Below are positions 22,726 to 34,725 of a DNA stretch of 39,481 bases, piece by piece. Position 1 is the first letter of the stretch. Each line of letters begins with the position of its first letter. Both the position numbers and the translations under genes were made by a program. Below the pieces are notes generated by a model. It searched no databases. It was not told where the DNA came from and worked only from the letters and a program-made list of their open reading frames with translations. The stretch comes from Octopus bimaculoides (taxonomy: Eukaryota). The stretch covers positions 22,947,107 through 22,986,587 of the forward strand of contig NC_068989.1 of the NCBI RefSeq assembly GCF_001194135.2, written 5' to 3'.

Positions 22726-23061
22726 ATGACTAGTTTTATCACTGATGATTGTGCTCATCATTTTGGTTACTGATTCCACCAAACCAAAATAGCACCATAG
22801 TTAAGTAGAGGTCACTGCTGAAGACAGAGTTTGTATTGTATTGTTCCTGTGATCATGAATGAATAAATACACTTTGACATTTTTTCAACCAATTCTATTA
22901 CAACCATGCAAAACTGGATATTTTAAAAATTATTTTTGCACAAATAAACCACAGAACATTGCACCAAATACTGTGTGTATTCTTCCAAAAATATCCCTTA
23001 TTAAATTGCCTTTCCACCCTCTGGTGAATTTCCAAAAATTACAAACAAATATGCCATACAC

Positions 23062-23099
<38 letters not shown>

Positions 23100-23126
23100 C
23101 AAAACTTCTCTGAAACTATAGTTTAA

Positions 23127-23311
23127 CCCTTTGGCATTCAGATTGTTCTGTCAAATATAATGCTTATTCATTCACATCGCTTTAGATTAATCATGCATTA
23201 TCTCATTGCTGTGATATTGTAGGGTAGGTGCAAGAAGCTGAATCTGGCTGGTTTGAACATAGAGGAGGTAGAATATTTAGGCTGGATTTGACCAGTTTGA
23301 ATGCTAAAGGT
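23127..23311. mobile_element. piggyBac-type MITE with internal deletion
   Basis: TTAA|CCCTTTGGCATT ... AATGCTAAAGG(t)|TTAA. Confidence 0.8.
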
Positions 23312-23365
23312 TTAAATTAGCTCTTATTGTCCTTCATCCTTCATAACTCTGAGAAGACACCAAAA

Positions 23366-23582
23366 TACTAGTCAATTTGTACCATGAACAATATAAGATA
23401 CTTGCGTACTGGTCAAATTGAACCAAGTGCAGTATAAAACACCCACATACTGGTCAAATTGCACCATGTACAACATAAAACACAAGGATACTGGTCAACT
23501 TGGAACAGGTACAATATAATAGACACCAACATGCCTGTCAAGTAAACCAAGTACAATGTAACAGGCATCAATATACTGGTCG
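23366..23582. repeat. Degenerate 41-bp minisatellite, about 5.2 units
   Basis: Units start at 23366, 23407, 23448, 23489, 23532 and 23574; consensus approx. TACTGGTCAAATTGCACCAAGTACAATATAAAACACCCACA. Confidence 0.85.
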
Positions 23583-23904
23583 TGAGCAGTGTAGATAATG
23601 CTGCAATATGACAAACACTGTAAGAATATGAGGTATGATCTCTTTCATACCTTTGACTTGTGATACTTTCAAAGATTAGTTGATATGAAATGAGAGCATT
23701 GAGCTACAACAGTTTGTTTGCCGGAAGAAGATACAAAATACAAAAAGGAAGATGTTAGCTGTATTTTCCTATTAACAGTTGATCATACAACATCATCTGC
23801 ATGTATAGGACAATTCAGCAAATCTACTAACAATGCCACACACATTGATTTCAGCCCTATCTCTGCTAATACATTCCTAAAACCAACTTCCAAGAGAGCC
23901 TCAA

Positions 23905-24590
23905 TGTAGGCACATCACAGGTAGAAATAACAGCAAAAACCTACTCTACCTTCATAAAGAAAAAGGACAGATTGGATAATGTAACCTGAGATACACTGCA
24001 CATCTGAACCAAAATAGGATAGTCATGGCTGGAACGTCTTTAATCATAGGTCTGCAGGATTGTACAAGATGAGAGCTGAGCTAAAAACACCCACAACAGT
24101 GATAGAAGCCCTCTGCTCATTACTCAATCCCATTGTCAATAGCCATCTTTCTCTTATGTAACCCCACTATAACCAAAACCCCACCTTATCATCAAACAAT
24201 GGTTTAATGCCATAGTTACAGGAATTTCTATTCACCAACACACAGTTCTTTGATGAAAGAAAAATTAAGCAGATTAACTGCTACTGCTACAAGAGACTGT
24301 AGATTTAATAGCATTATTTTCAACATAAATCCGATATTTATCATGTCAGACTAACTAGTTTGCAATGGGTATGCCACATGGTCACTCAATCTGTTGAAAT
24401 AACAACTAAATTCTTCTTCAAACTACACCCTACTGTCTTAAATAATGAAAAGATATGTTGAATAATGTAATCCTACAATCCTACATATTCTTAAAACAAA
24501 GTTCGATGATCACAGCTGGAATGTCTCTTGATCATAGATCTGCTCTATCAGAGCTAACCTGGGGTTAAACAACAACAACAGCAACAACCA
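23905..24590 (+). mobile_element. Two copies of repeat family H with (AAC)n tail (23905-24100, 24375-24590)
   Basis: Shared gaaataacagc.aaa..c...ctac..tac / ggataatgtaa.cct / gat..tca..gctggaa.gtct...atcatag.tctgc / gagct.a.ct..aaacaacaac. Reverse copies at 30370-30795 and 12625-12720; partial copy at 16840-16925. Confidence 0.55.
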
Positions 24591-25099
24591 ATATATGTTT
24601 TGTTGAACAGTTAATTGTTAATGGATCACAATAAACTATCAGTGAAACCATCAAATCAATATGCGTCTCAGACAAGTAGTGGTGGTAGGAGTGATGGTGG
24701 TGCTGCTGGTGGTGGCGGCGGTGGTGGCGGCGGCGGTAGCGGTAGAAGACAGTAAATACACATTCAGTCACCATTACAGTGTTTTTTCAATATGTTTCTC
24801 TTCAAATGCTGCTACCTCAAAGCATTCTCCACTGCCCCCTCTCCCTCCACCCATGCACATCTCCTCCACCTCCCAGCATACACACATCAAACCAGTACAT
24901 GTGTCTCAGTCATGAAGAAGCACCTGGTATTTATTCTATAAATATTCATTCATTCGCCATTTCCAGTTTTCTTCAGTTTCTTCTCAAAAACTAAAAAAAC
25001 ACAACACAACAAGCCACTGCCAAACAAGCCGACAAGGCTGTTATTTATTCTCTGCGAGTTCTTTTCCATAAATCAATCAATCAATCCAATATGATAATA

Positions 25100-25515
25100 A
25101 TAATAATCATTTCAAATTTTTCCACAAGGACAGCAGTTTTGGGGGAGGGAATGAGTCGATTACATCAACCCCAGTGTTTAACTGGTACTTATTTTATTGA
25201 CCCCAAAATGATGAAAAGTAAAGTCAACTTCAGTGAAATTTTTACTCAGAATGTAATAAGAATAATAATAATAATCCTTTCTACTAAAGGCACAAGGCCT
25301 GAAATTTTGGGGGAGGGGACTAGTCGATTACATCAACCCCAGTGTTTCACTGGTACTTAATTTATCGATCCCGAAGGGATGAAAGGCAAAGTTGACCTCG
25401 GCGGAATTTGAACTCAGAACACAGTGACAGGTGAAATATCACTAAGCATTTTGTCCAGGACGCCCACAATTCTGCCAGCTCACCATCTTAATAATAATAA
25501 TAATAATAATAATAA
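25100..25515 (-). mobile_element. Two tandem SINE-B copies
   Basis: Reverse complement of the B consensus twice, each with an (AAT)n tail. Confidence 0.85.
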
Positions 25516-25669
25516 NNNNNNNNNNAATAATAATAATAATAATAATAATAATTAAAAACAAAACATATTTGTTAAATGACATGAACAGTGAAGCAGTGTT
25601 TTTTTTAACTTTTTCTAAATTCTATTCTAGAAAATGTTTTACAGATCCTACAGAATTAATATCACATCA

Positions 25670-26052
25670 CTTATCAACATCATCATCTTTCAATGTCCAT
25701 GTTTCCATGCATGGGTCAAATAAAATTTGTCAAGGGTCAGATGCCCTTTCTATTAGGGCCACGCATATTATGTCAGAAGACTGAAAATGAAAGACACCAC
25801 CTGCACAATAACAACACAAAGTTACAGCTCTCACACAATGTCAAAACAAGGAGATACTAACGTGTACGCACACACACACACACACACACACAAAACAGGT
25901 TCCTTTTAATTTCCATTAACCAAATCCATTCGCAATGTTTTGGTTGGGTAAGAGTTATAGCTGAAGACACTCGCCCAAGGTGTCACATGAGATTGAACCT
26001 GAAACCATGTGGTTGGACAGCAAACTACTTACCACACAGCCACATCTGCACC
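25670..26052 (-). mobile_element. SINE A2 with internal deletion
   Basis: E tail, (CA)n linker and A head ending ctacttaccacacagccacatctgcacctac. Confidence 0.7.
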
Positions 26053-26514
26053 TACATCATTTATGAAGATAAAAAAGTTAACTAATTCTTTTAAACGCCA
26101 CAGAGTACTATGAATGAATAACAAATTGAACTGAAGAAAAAAAAAAAAACAAGAAAATGTTTGACTCAGTACATAAAAAACATGTAAACTGAACCAATTA
26201 GGAAGGAAAAAACCATTAACAGGAAAATCAATAATAGATATGAACGTAAAAAGGTTAAATCTACATATGTAGAATAATAAAGCACTTGGGTGTGCTTTAA
26301 TAAGTAATTTTTAAGAGATAGTTAATAATTTGAATCCAGAAAACAATTTCCACTCCCACCACCAATGCCACCGCTAGGATGAAATGCCATCTTGCATCCT
26401 AGATTGAGAAGCTTTTTATTAAAGAAATGTTAACATGTGTAAGGAAACCACAACAAGTTTGCAAACAAGTGTCAAGAGAAGCACACCTATACTAGTAGTG
26501 TAATGGTCTTTGAG

Positions 26515-26956
26515 CCCTTAGAATTTAATCCAGCTATATTGGGCCCAAATATTCTACCTGTTTTATCGTCAAACCAGTCAGATCAGACTTCTCATATCAT
26601 CATTCAACATCTGTTTTCCATGCTGGAATGTGTTGACCAGAGCTGATAAGCCAGAGAGCTGCACTAGGCTCCAGTTGTCTGTTTGGTTTGGTTTCTATGG
26701 CTGGATGCCCTTCTTAATGCCAATCACTTTACAGAGTGTACTGGGGTCTTTTACATGTCACCAGCATGAGTACCCTTTTACATGTCACCAGCACAGGTAC
26801 CTTCTGTGTGTCACTGATATGGGCGCCTTTTACATGCGACCAACATTAGCCATGACTGTGATTTCACTTAGCACAACGTGTCTTCTCAAGCACAGCAAAT
26901 CACCAGAAGTCTTAGTCACTAGTCATCACAAAGCTACAAAATAATGCATTAAAGGG
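26515..26956. mobile_element. piggyBac-type MITE (reverse orientation) interrupted by an RTE 3' end (about 26590-26925)
   Basis: cccttagaatttaatccagc...cccaaatattctacctgtttt on the left, aaagctac...ataatgcat..aaaggg|TTAA on the right, RTE tail and cttctcaagcacagc between them. Confidence 0.65.
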
Positions 26957-27149
26957 TTAAACCTTCATACTCCAATTCACAAGGTTTCATATTAACTATA
27001 ATATTCTGAAAAATACTAGGCCCCATCCAAATACTATCAACATTTAAAAAATATTCCTCCTTTATTAATGACACAATACACAATAAAATAGATTTAGTGT
27101 CCATGTCAGTTTCTTTTTCTTTGACTTGGTGTTGAAAACATTATTATTT

Positions 27150-27376
27150 ATCAACATCATTTTAATGCATGAATCAGATGGAATTTGTTGAGGCAAATTT
27201 TCTACAGTCAGGTGCCCTTCCTGTCACTAACCTTCACTTGTTTCCAAGCAAGGTATTTCCCATGGCAAGACATGTTTTTCACAGAAAACTGGAAACAAAC
27301 AACATAACTTGTATGCTGGTGCTACACATTTACAAATATCACATAATATGAACAGAGGGGTACGCTCAAACACACC

Positions 27377-27417
<41 letters not shown>

Positions 27418-27530
27418 ACACACATATATGTATACATGAAAGGCTACTGCACAAAGGAACTGAACCCAAGACCACATCGTTGTGAAGAAAGTTTCTAAAC
27501 CACATGACAATGCCTGTACCTACATATAAT
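27150..27530 (-). mobile_element. SINE A2
   Basis: E body, (TA)n/(CA)n linker, truncated A head. Confidence 0.7.
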
Positions 27531-27534
27531 CACC

Positions 27535-28120
27535 GTCTTAATGTTCATCTTCCAATTTGGCTTCATTTGGACAGTTTGACAGAATGAATGAGCCAAAGGA
27601 CAGCATCTTGCTCCAATGACTGCTTTGACATGGTTTCTATTGCTTGATGCCCTTCCTAACACCAATTACTTTACAAAGTGTAGTGGATAGTTTCTTTGTG
27701 GCACCAGCTCTACTGAGGTTACCATGCAGCTTGTAAGGCCAAGACCCTCTTCAGGTGAGTGGGGCTGTAATAAAAACAAAGGTGGCTTTATGCTAAGAAA
27801 TGAGAGATTAAAGTATGAAAGAAAGGACCAGAATAGAACAGATGTCTTGCTGAGACAAGCTGCAAGGCTACTCACATTATAAAATAGTGGGAGTAATTGG
27901 GGAGGAGTTGGAAAGTAGAATGTGAGAGATATTGAGAAGGTGAACAGGAGTGGGGACAGAAGAGGGAGTGAGGATGGGTAGAATGTGCATGGGTGTATGA
28001 GGAATGTAAGGGATGGTTAGAGAAGGGGAATAGATGGGACTGCAAGTATAATGAATGAAGAACAATGATTGAGGAATGGTCAATGATAAATATGCATAGG
28101 AGGGAAAGTAGGTGATGACT
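27535..28120 (-). mobile_element. Repeat family G copy
   Basis: RTE-type tail followed on the plus strand by a GA-rich tract, as at 17350-18000. Confidence 0.5.
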
Positions 28121-28649
28121 GCAGAGACTGGATTAGGTTGATCATATTAATCCCAGTGCACATTTTCAAGGCTGGTACTTGTACTGCTCTTTTTTCACTG
28201 GACCACTAATTTACAGGGATATAAACCAACACTGGTTGTCAATCACACACACACACACATTGGGTTGCAATGCAGCTCCCATCTCACCAAATCCACTCTT
28301 AAAGCTTTGGTTGGCCCAAGACACAGTGAAACTGAACTGAAACCACGTAGTTGTGAAGCTAATTTCTGTTCTATACAATTATGATTAATTAGGTAAGTAA
28401 TAGCTTATTCATTTTTTATTTTGCCATAAAACATTTAAGGGGGGGGGAGAAGGCTTCCAGAGAAAGTATACCAGAAATGTTTTGCTTTATCTCCAGTGTA
28501 CCACAAAATCACAAAAGCTAAGATCAATTCTATTAGAGTCTTCACTCCTCCTGTAAACAACTAAACTTATCAAGCTGTTTTACAAGCTCACTTTTGGACT
28601 AATTATTACCAACACACACTACCATCAGGTTCCTCAGATTCTAGATTCA

Positions 28650-28850
28650 TAAGGCAATGAGCTGGCAAAATACTCAGCGGCATTTCGGTGATCTGTACAT
28701 TGTGAGTTCAAATTCTACCAGGGTCAATTTTGCCTTTCATCCTTTCAGGGTCGATAAAATATGCACCAGTCAAACACTGAGATTGATGTAATCAAGTTAT
28801 CCCTCATCCGGAATTGCTGGCTTTGTGCCAAAATTTGAAATCAATAGTAA
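28650..28850 (+). mobile_element. SINE-B
   Basis: aaggcaatgagctggcaaaa...gagttcaaattc...tttgcctttcatcctttcagggtcgataaaat. Confidence 0.8.
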
Positions 28851-29544
28851 GGTAAATATAGGGAGCAGTTTAGAGGCAGACATATAATCTTAATGAGCAG
28901 GGGATTATTAACTTATTTCGAACCCTAGTTGAAGTGAGTTTACTTCACTTATTCTTTCAATGACCTTGGAAAAAGCATAAAAGTCACAAATATTCTGTAT
29001 CTTACTTTGCACTAAAATATTCAACCTTTATGTCAACTCAAAACATAATATTAAATTTAGAGTGAGAACAGGAATTGGGCTACAGTCTATCTGAACATAC
29101 AAGCTTGTTCAAATCTCTAGTTGAAGATATCATAAAGAATTGCACAGAATTGCACAGTTGCTGCAAGTTTAAAACACTATGCATTGCAAACTCCATTAAA
29201 AGTGGTATGAATGTCACACAATATTGTCCATTTTCTTATATTAAAAGAAAATTTACGATTCTATGTCACCTAAGGATTTAATATTAATGCACAGTTATAA
29301 CCGAAGCAGAGATAAAATTACCTTATGATGAATGGTGAAAACTAAATTAGTTTTATTCTTGTCATTGTGGCAGTTGGAGTAGCTTGATACGGTCTTAATT
29401 AAGATCATGAATATGAGGAATTTTATCAAACTGTCTTTATGAGTTGGACTGGAGATTAAAAAAATAAAATGAAATATATTAGCATGTCATGAGAAGAGGA
29501 GATATACTTCTAACAAAACCCTTCATTCACAGCTTCCATTATCA

Positions 29545-29777
29545 GAATCATCGTTTTAATGAACACTTTTCCATGCTTGCATGGGTTAGATGAAATTTGT
29601 TGAGGCAGATTTTCCAACAGCTTTGTGTGCCTCGTATCACCAATTCTCACCTGCTTCCAAGCAAGGTCATAGTTCTCCATGACCTGAGATGTTTTCACAG
29701 AAGATTGCAAATGAATAACACTGCTTGTGTGACAACAAACACTTACAACTATCACCAGCTAGCAAGACAAGGCACAA

Positions 29778-29850
<73 letters not shown>

Positions 29851-29914
29851 CAAATATATTATATACATATATACACAAATATATATACATATATTTTATA
29901 CATATATACACCAA

Positions 29915-29994
<80 letters not shown>

Positions 29995-30210
29995 GACACA
30001 CATATACAAATACAAAGACACAAATGTCTCTCTCTTGATATATAAATAGATACACACACATGCAATCTTTCAGTTTCCATCTCACAAATCTATTCACAAG
30101 GCTGTAGTAGAACTTGGAAGACACTTGCCTGGAGTGTCACATAGCAGGATCGAACACCAAGTCATGCAGTTGAAAAGCAAACCTTTCAACTAAACATCCA
30201 TATCAGCACC
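29545..30210 (-). mobile_element. SINE A2 with an expanded (~280 bp) internal microsatellite
   Basis: E body 29545-29780, (CA)/(TA)n 29780-30060, A head 30060-30210. Confidence 0.75.
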
Positions 30211-30369
30211 AGATGCTAGATATTTCCTCTCTCACTAACACACGGCTTCTTTTTTTTTTTTTTTTTTTTTTNNNNNNNNNNTTTTTTCTTTTTTCAAAAA
30301 ACACAAAATCCAATTCCGATTTGCGTTTTGAGAACAAATCAAAGAATCAATAAAACACACATTTATATG

Positions 30370-30795
30370 CTAGCCTTAGCTTAGTTCCAGATCAGCCTGA
30401 ACCAGCAGGCCTATGATCAAAGACAGTCCGCCTTCTATTCAGATATATTTTATGTAGGACAACATTATCTGCTGTCTCTTTGCTCTTTTTAAGATACCAG
30501 GGTAGGATTTTGAGAGAGATTTGGCTGCAGTTTCTAGCAGAAAGAGCTATCATGTAGAATAGAAGTGGCTTATGTTGACAATAATGATGGGGGTGGGTAT
30601 TTTGTTAATTCTTATCGTTTAACCATTCTATGTCTGCCCAGGTATAGCAGTCATGACCATCCTGTCTTTTGAATTTAGATATAGTTGATCTCAAACAACA
30701 GTCTAATATATCCTTCCTTATTTAAAATTCAATGAGGATTTTTACTGCTATTTCTAGCAAGTTGAGTAACTATATTAGAGACTCTATTTGGTTTA
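30370..30795 (-). mobile_element. Two family H copies
   Basis: Reverse complement of the 23905-24590 motifs (ctatgatcaaagac, ctgctatttctagcaa). Confidence 0.5.
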
Positions 30796-30799
30796 TATT

Positions 30800-31160
30800 T
30801 TATCTTTTACTTGTTTCAGTCATTAGACTGCAGTCATGCTGGGGCACCACCATGAAGAATTTTTAGTCAAATGAATCAACCCCCTGATACTTATTCTATC
30901 AGTCTCTTTAATCAAAGTGCTACATTATGGGCACATAAACAACCAACATCAGTTGTCAAGCAGTGTAGGAACAAACACAAAAACACATAAATACAACCGG
31001 TTTCTTTCAGTTTCTGTCTATCAAGTCCTCTAACAAGGCTTTGGTTGGCTCGAGGTTATAGTAGAAGACACTTACCCAAGGTGCAATGCAGTGGGACTGA
31101 GCCCAGAATCATGTGGTTGGAAACCAAACTTCTTACCACACAGCCATGCCTGCAGCTATG
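30800..31160 (-). mobile_element. SINE A1
   Basis: ttttacttgtttcagtcat...gctggggcacc...cttattctatc...gttgtcaagc...agaagacacttacccaagg...ttaccacacagccatgcctg. Confidence 0.8.
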
Positions 31161-31819
31161 TTTATGTTTAAATTTCCAAACAAAATGTGACTGAATACAA
31201 ATGATCTCACATTGCACAATACCCGGGTGAAACAGAAAACTAAACTAATTTTAAAAACTGTAATTCCAGTTCAAACATGAAATGAAATTAAATAAAAGGA
31301 AAACTGCAATTTTAATTTAAATCAATATGATAATCTAAATATTTTACCATTTCAAATTCTTCAAACAAATGCCTGACCTAAAACATCGGAACTCACCTCT
31401 CTACATCCTACCTAAACATCTTATTTCTCATTTTTCTTTTTTTGGTATTTCTCTACTGACATAACCACTGCTTACTTTCTCATTTAGTTTTTACCTTTAA
31501 ATTTCCAAATTTTATTCCCCTAGCCCACATCCACCAACAATGAATTGGGTAGTGCAAAAACAAAAAAAAATAAAATCTAAATTTTATGCAACTGAAATTT
31601 CAAAACCAAAATCATGATTAAAAACAAAAATTTAATCAAAATTTATAGCATAAATTCAATATTAGTCTGAACCCATCTTATAAATGACCATTTCTCATTA
31701 GGTTAATAAACTAAGTAACAGGAATAGGTGAAGCTGATTCAGCAGACCTCAAACCTATCCATTACATGCATGTGCATGCGCATGTGTGTGTATGTGCATG
31801 TATGCATGCATGCATGCAC

Positions 31820-31965
31820 GTGTAGTTAAGAGACTTGCCTCCTAACCATATAGTTTGGATTTAGTTCCACTGCACAGCACTTTGGCCATATATCTTCTAC
31901 AAGAGCCTCAGGTCAACCAAAACCTTGTGAGTGGATTTGGTATACAGAAACAGAAAGAAGCACAT
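31820..31965 (+). mobile_element. SINE-A head
   Basis: gtgtagttaagagacttgcctcctaacca...ccttgtgagtggatttggta. Confidence 0.65.
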
Positions 31966-32669
31966 GTGTCTTGTATATGAGGTATCATAGCATGTATGTC
32001 TTATATATAAGAAATCACAACTTAGTAGCTGTGCACTACAGAGCAAGAAATGAGATCCTGATATGCTAAAATCAGAAACCCTGTTTAATTCTTCATCAGA
32101 GACAACCTGGTGTATATGCACACATCACTAATACCCCATGAGAAAAGCATGAACATTACACAAGTCTGTCCCACTTCTTTCCAAAACAAATTCTGCAGCA
32201 TTGAGCCATTGTACCCTAAATAATAAATGTATTATTTCTCTCAAATTACATTGTTAATACTCTTGGGGAAATACCAGATGAAGTACCAAGAGAATAGCTC
32301 TGGTAAAAATCTCAGTTTTCATACTTTCACTTACTTTATACAATGTCTACTACTAAAGAAAAAATGGTTTAGATGTTTACTATCATCTGGCTTAATGCCA
32401 CGTTTCTAGGTTCAAATTTTATCAGAAGAAAAAAGAGGAGGGGTGTAATTTACCTGAGACTCTCTTTACAAATGATTTTATATAAATTTTAGTACATGGG
32501 AGTTGGGGAGGGAGCAGTGTTTAACATAGGCAGTAGTGGCCCTAGGGAGCAGTATGAGTTCATAAAGGAGCAACAAATGTCAAATGGGAATTGAGTGTTT
32601 AGTGCGGGGTGGGGCAAGGTTTTCTTTGAAATAAAAATATTCAAACCAAATCCAATGCATGTATTATAA

Positions 32670-32877
32670 CACTTTAGCGTTCAGATTAATCTGTCAAATG
32701 CATTGCTTTGTTTTGACTTAATCATGCATTATCTCATAGCTTCATGATTTCAATGATGTGATTGTTTCTTTTTAGAATGACATTGTAAGGTAGGTATAAG
32801 AGGCCAGATCTGACTAGTTTGAACATAAAACAGGTAGAATATTATGGCCAGTTATGGCCGGTTTAAATGTTAACAGG
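32670..32877. mobile_element. piggyBac-type MITE
   Basis: (a)TAA|CACTTTAGCGTTCAG ... AATGTTAACAGG|TTAA; body aligns with 15588-15808. Confidence 0.75.
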
Positions 32878-32889
32878 TTAAGCACATTT

Positions 32890-33495
32890 TCAAAAATAAC
32901 TTCCACACCTCCACCCATGCCCATCTCTCACTAGATCCATCTCTACTCCCATCACTAATCATCTGTTACTTGCCTCACACAATTATGAATTATTTATCCA
33001 CCCTTTCTCCTCCACCCCTCTCAATCCATTGTTTGTATTCTACCTTGAACTCACATTCTTGTACTCTGAGACTACACTCTGGCACCCCATTACAACCATC
33101 TTACCTCCTACCCAGCTACTCTCATCCAGCCTCATATAATGTGGGGTAACCACATTATATGAAGTTCTATAGCAAGACATCTGGGCTAGTCCTTCTCTCT
33201 TCAACACCTGGCATAAAGCCATCTCCCACTCTCTCAACTACACTCCATTCAATCGAGAGGGTTTTTCCCTTTCTTTTCTTTTTCAAGTAAGTTACTTGGT
33301 AACCTCACTAGTGCCATGAAAAATTGTACCAGGTACATACTGTAAAGTAGCTGGCATTAAGAAGGGCATCTAGCCATTAATAACTATACCAAAACCGACA
33401 TTAGAGCCCAATGTAGCCCTGCAGATTGTTGGATCCAATCAAACCGTCCAATCCATTCCAGCATGGAGGAATGGGTATTATGATGATGATGAATC
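32890..33495 (+). mobile_element. Repeat family G copy
   Basis: CT-rich 5' part, gcaagacatc..ggcataaagcc..gtaagttacttggtaacctcactagtgc..gaagggcatc..cagcatgg..gatgatga. Confidence 0.55.
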
Positions 33496-33624
33496 TATTA
33501 AAGTTAAAATATAAGTTGGACATTGTATTATCAATGAGCAAAAATAGACTGATTACACTTCAAAGTCCAACAGACTCATTAACACAAGTTGTCACCTGCA
33601 GTAATAATTTCCGTAGAGATATTA

Positions 33625-33850
33625 CAAACATTTTTCCATGCCTGGATCAGATCAGATGGAATTTGTTCAGCTGGACTTTTTACAGCATGATGCCCTTCCT
33701 GTCACCAAAACTTATCTGTTTCCAAGCAAGATAATATTGCCCCTGGCCAGACACGGTTTTTTACGGAAAACTGGAAGTGAACAACATCACTTCTATGATG
33801 GTGATGCTCATTTACAATCATTACATGATGTCAAGACAAGGGTACACAGA
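33625..33850 (-). mobile_element. E body (SINE A2 3' module)
   Basis: tttttccatgcctggatcagatc...gatgcccttcctgtcacc...tccaagcaagataatatt...gatgtcaagacaagg. Confidence 0.75.
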
Positions 33851-34019
33851 AAAATACATACACACACACACATATATATATATGATCAAAGCCTTGTGAG
33901 AGAAGTTTGTAGCCAGCAGGTTAGCAGCAAATGAAACAAGCCTGTCATATATATTATAGGTCACAAAACCTCCCAAAACTAGAAACATTTAAGTATTATC
34001 CTAGCTATAATTAGACTCC

Positions 34020-34410
34020 CAATGAAGACAATCACACAATATCAATATATGTAATACAACATATATACCCAGAGAGCTGTTGTACAGCAAGCTCATGCAG
34101 GACTCACACAAACAAGGAAGGCCTAAACTGAGGTATAAGGACAATCTGAAAAGCAACCTCAAATGAAGTGGCATTAGTTCATGTGAACTTGAGGTCTCTG
34201 CAGTAGATAGATCAACGTGACAGTCTCTCACCTCACAAGCAGCAGCTGCCTTTGAAGAGAACCAGCAACAGTGGTTTGCTGTTGCAAGAAACAGCCATCA
34301 CAGAGCAGTGTCCACCTCAATCCAAACAACAGACTACCATTGTGACACCTATGGGTGCCTGTGTGCTTCCAGCTTTGGACTGTAAGAGTTACATGCACTC
34401 TCATCACTGA
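34020..34410 (+). mobile_element. RTE (BovB-like) LINE ORF C-terminus, decayed
   Basis: PRELLYSKL..GRPKLRYKDNLKSNLK*SGI..LE.SAVDRST*Q...AFEE...YHCDTYGCLCASSFGL*: the RTE GRPxLRYKD motif plus a remnant C-terminal Cys/His knuckle, with 3 stops. Confidence 0.85.
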
Positions 34411-34564
34411 GAACACAGATCTGTCATCACCAAACACCGAAGGACTACCAAGAATTCTACAAACAACAAAATCACCATAAACTAAGTTCAACCTTACTAG
34501 AATGAAGAACAACTCACAAGACCACACGATATAAAAGTTACACACACACACACACACAAACGAC

Positions 34565-34725
34565 AGGCTCATTCCAGTTTTTGTCTACTAAATTCACTCA
34601 CAAGGCTTTGGTCAACCTAGGGCTATAATAGAAGATACTTGCCCAAGGTACCATGCAGTGAGACTGTACCCAAGACCACATAGTTGGGAAGTGGACTTCT
34701 TAACCACATAGCCATGCCTGCACCA
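34565..34725 (-). mobile_element. SINE-A head
   Basis: cactcacaaggctttggtc...agaagatacttgcccaaggt...taaccacatagccatgcctgcacc. Confidence 0.75.

Noticed and set aside
23366-23582. CRISPR-like periodicity
   Set aside because: Whole units are homologous, there are no unique spacers and no cas genes, and the context is eukaryotic; it is a minisatellite.
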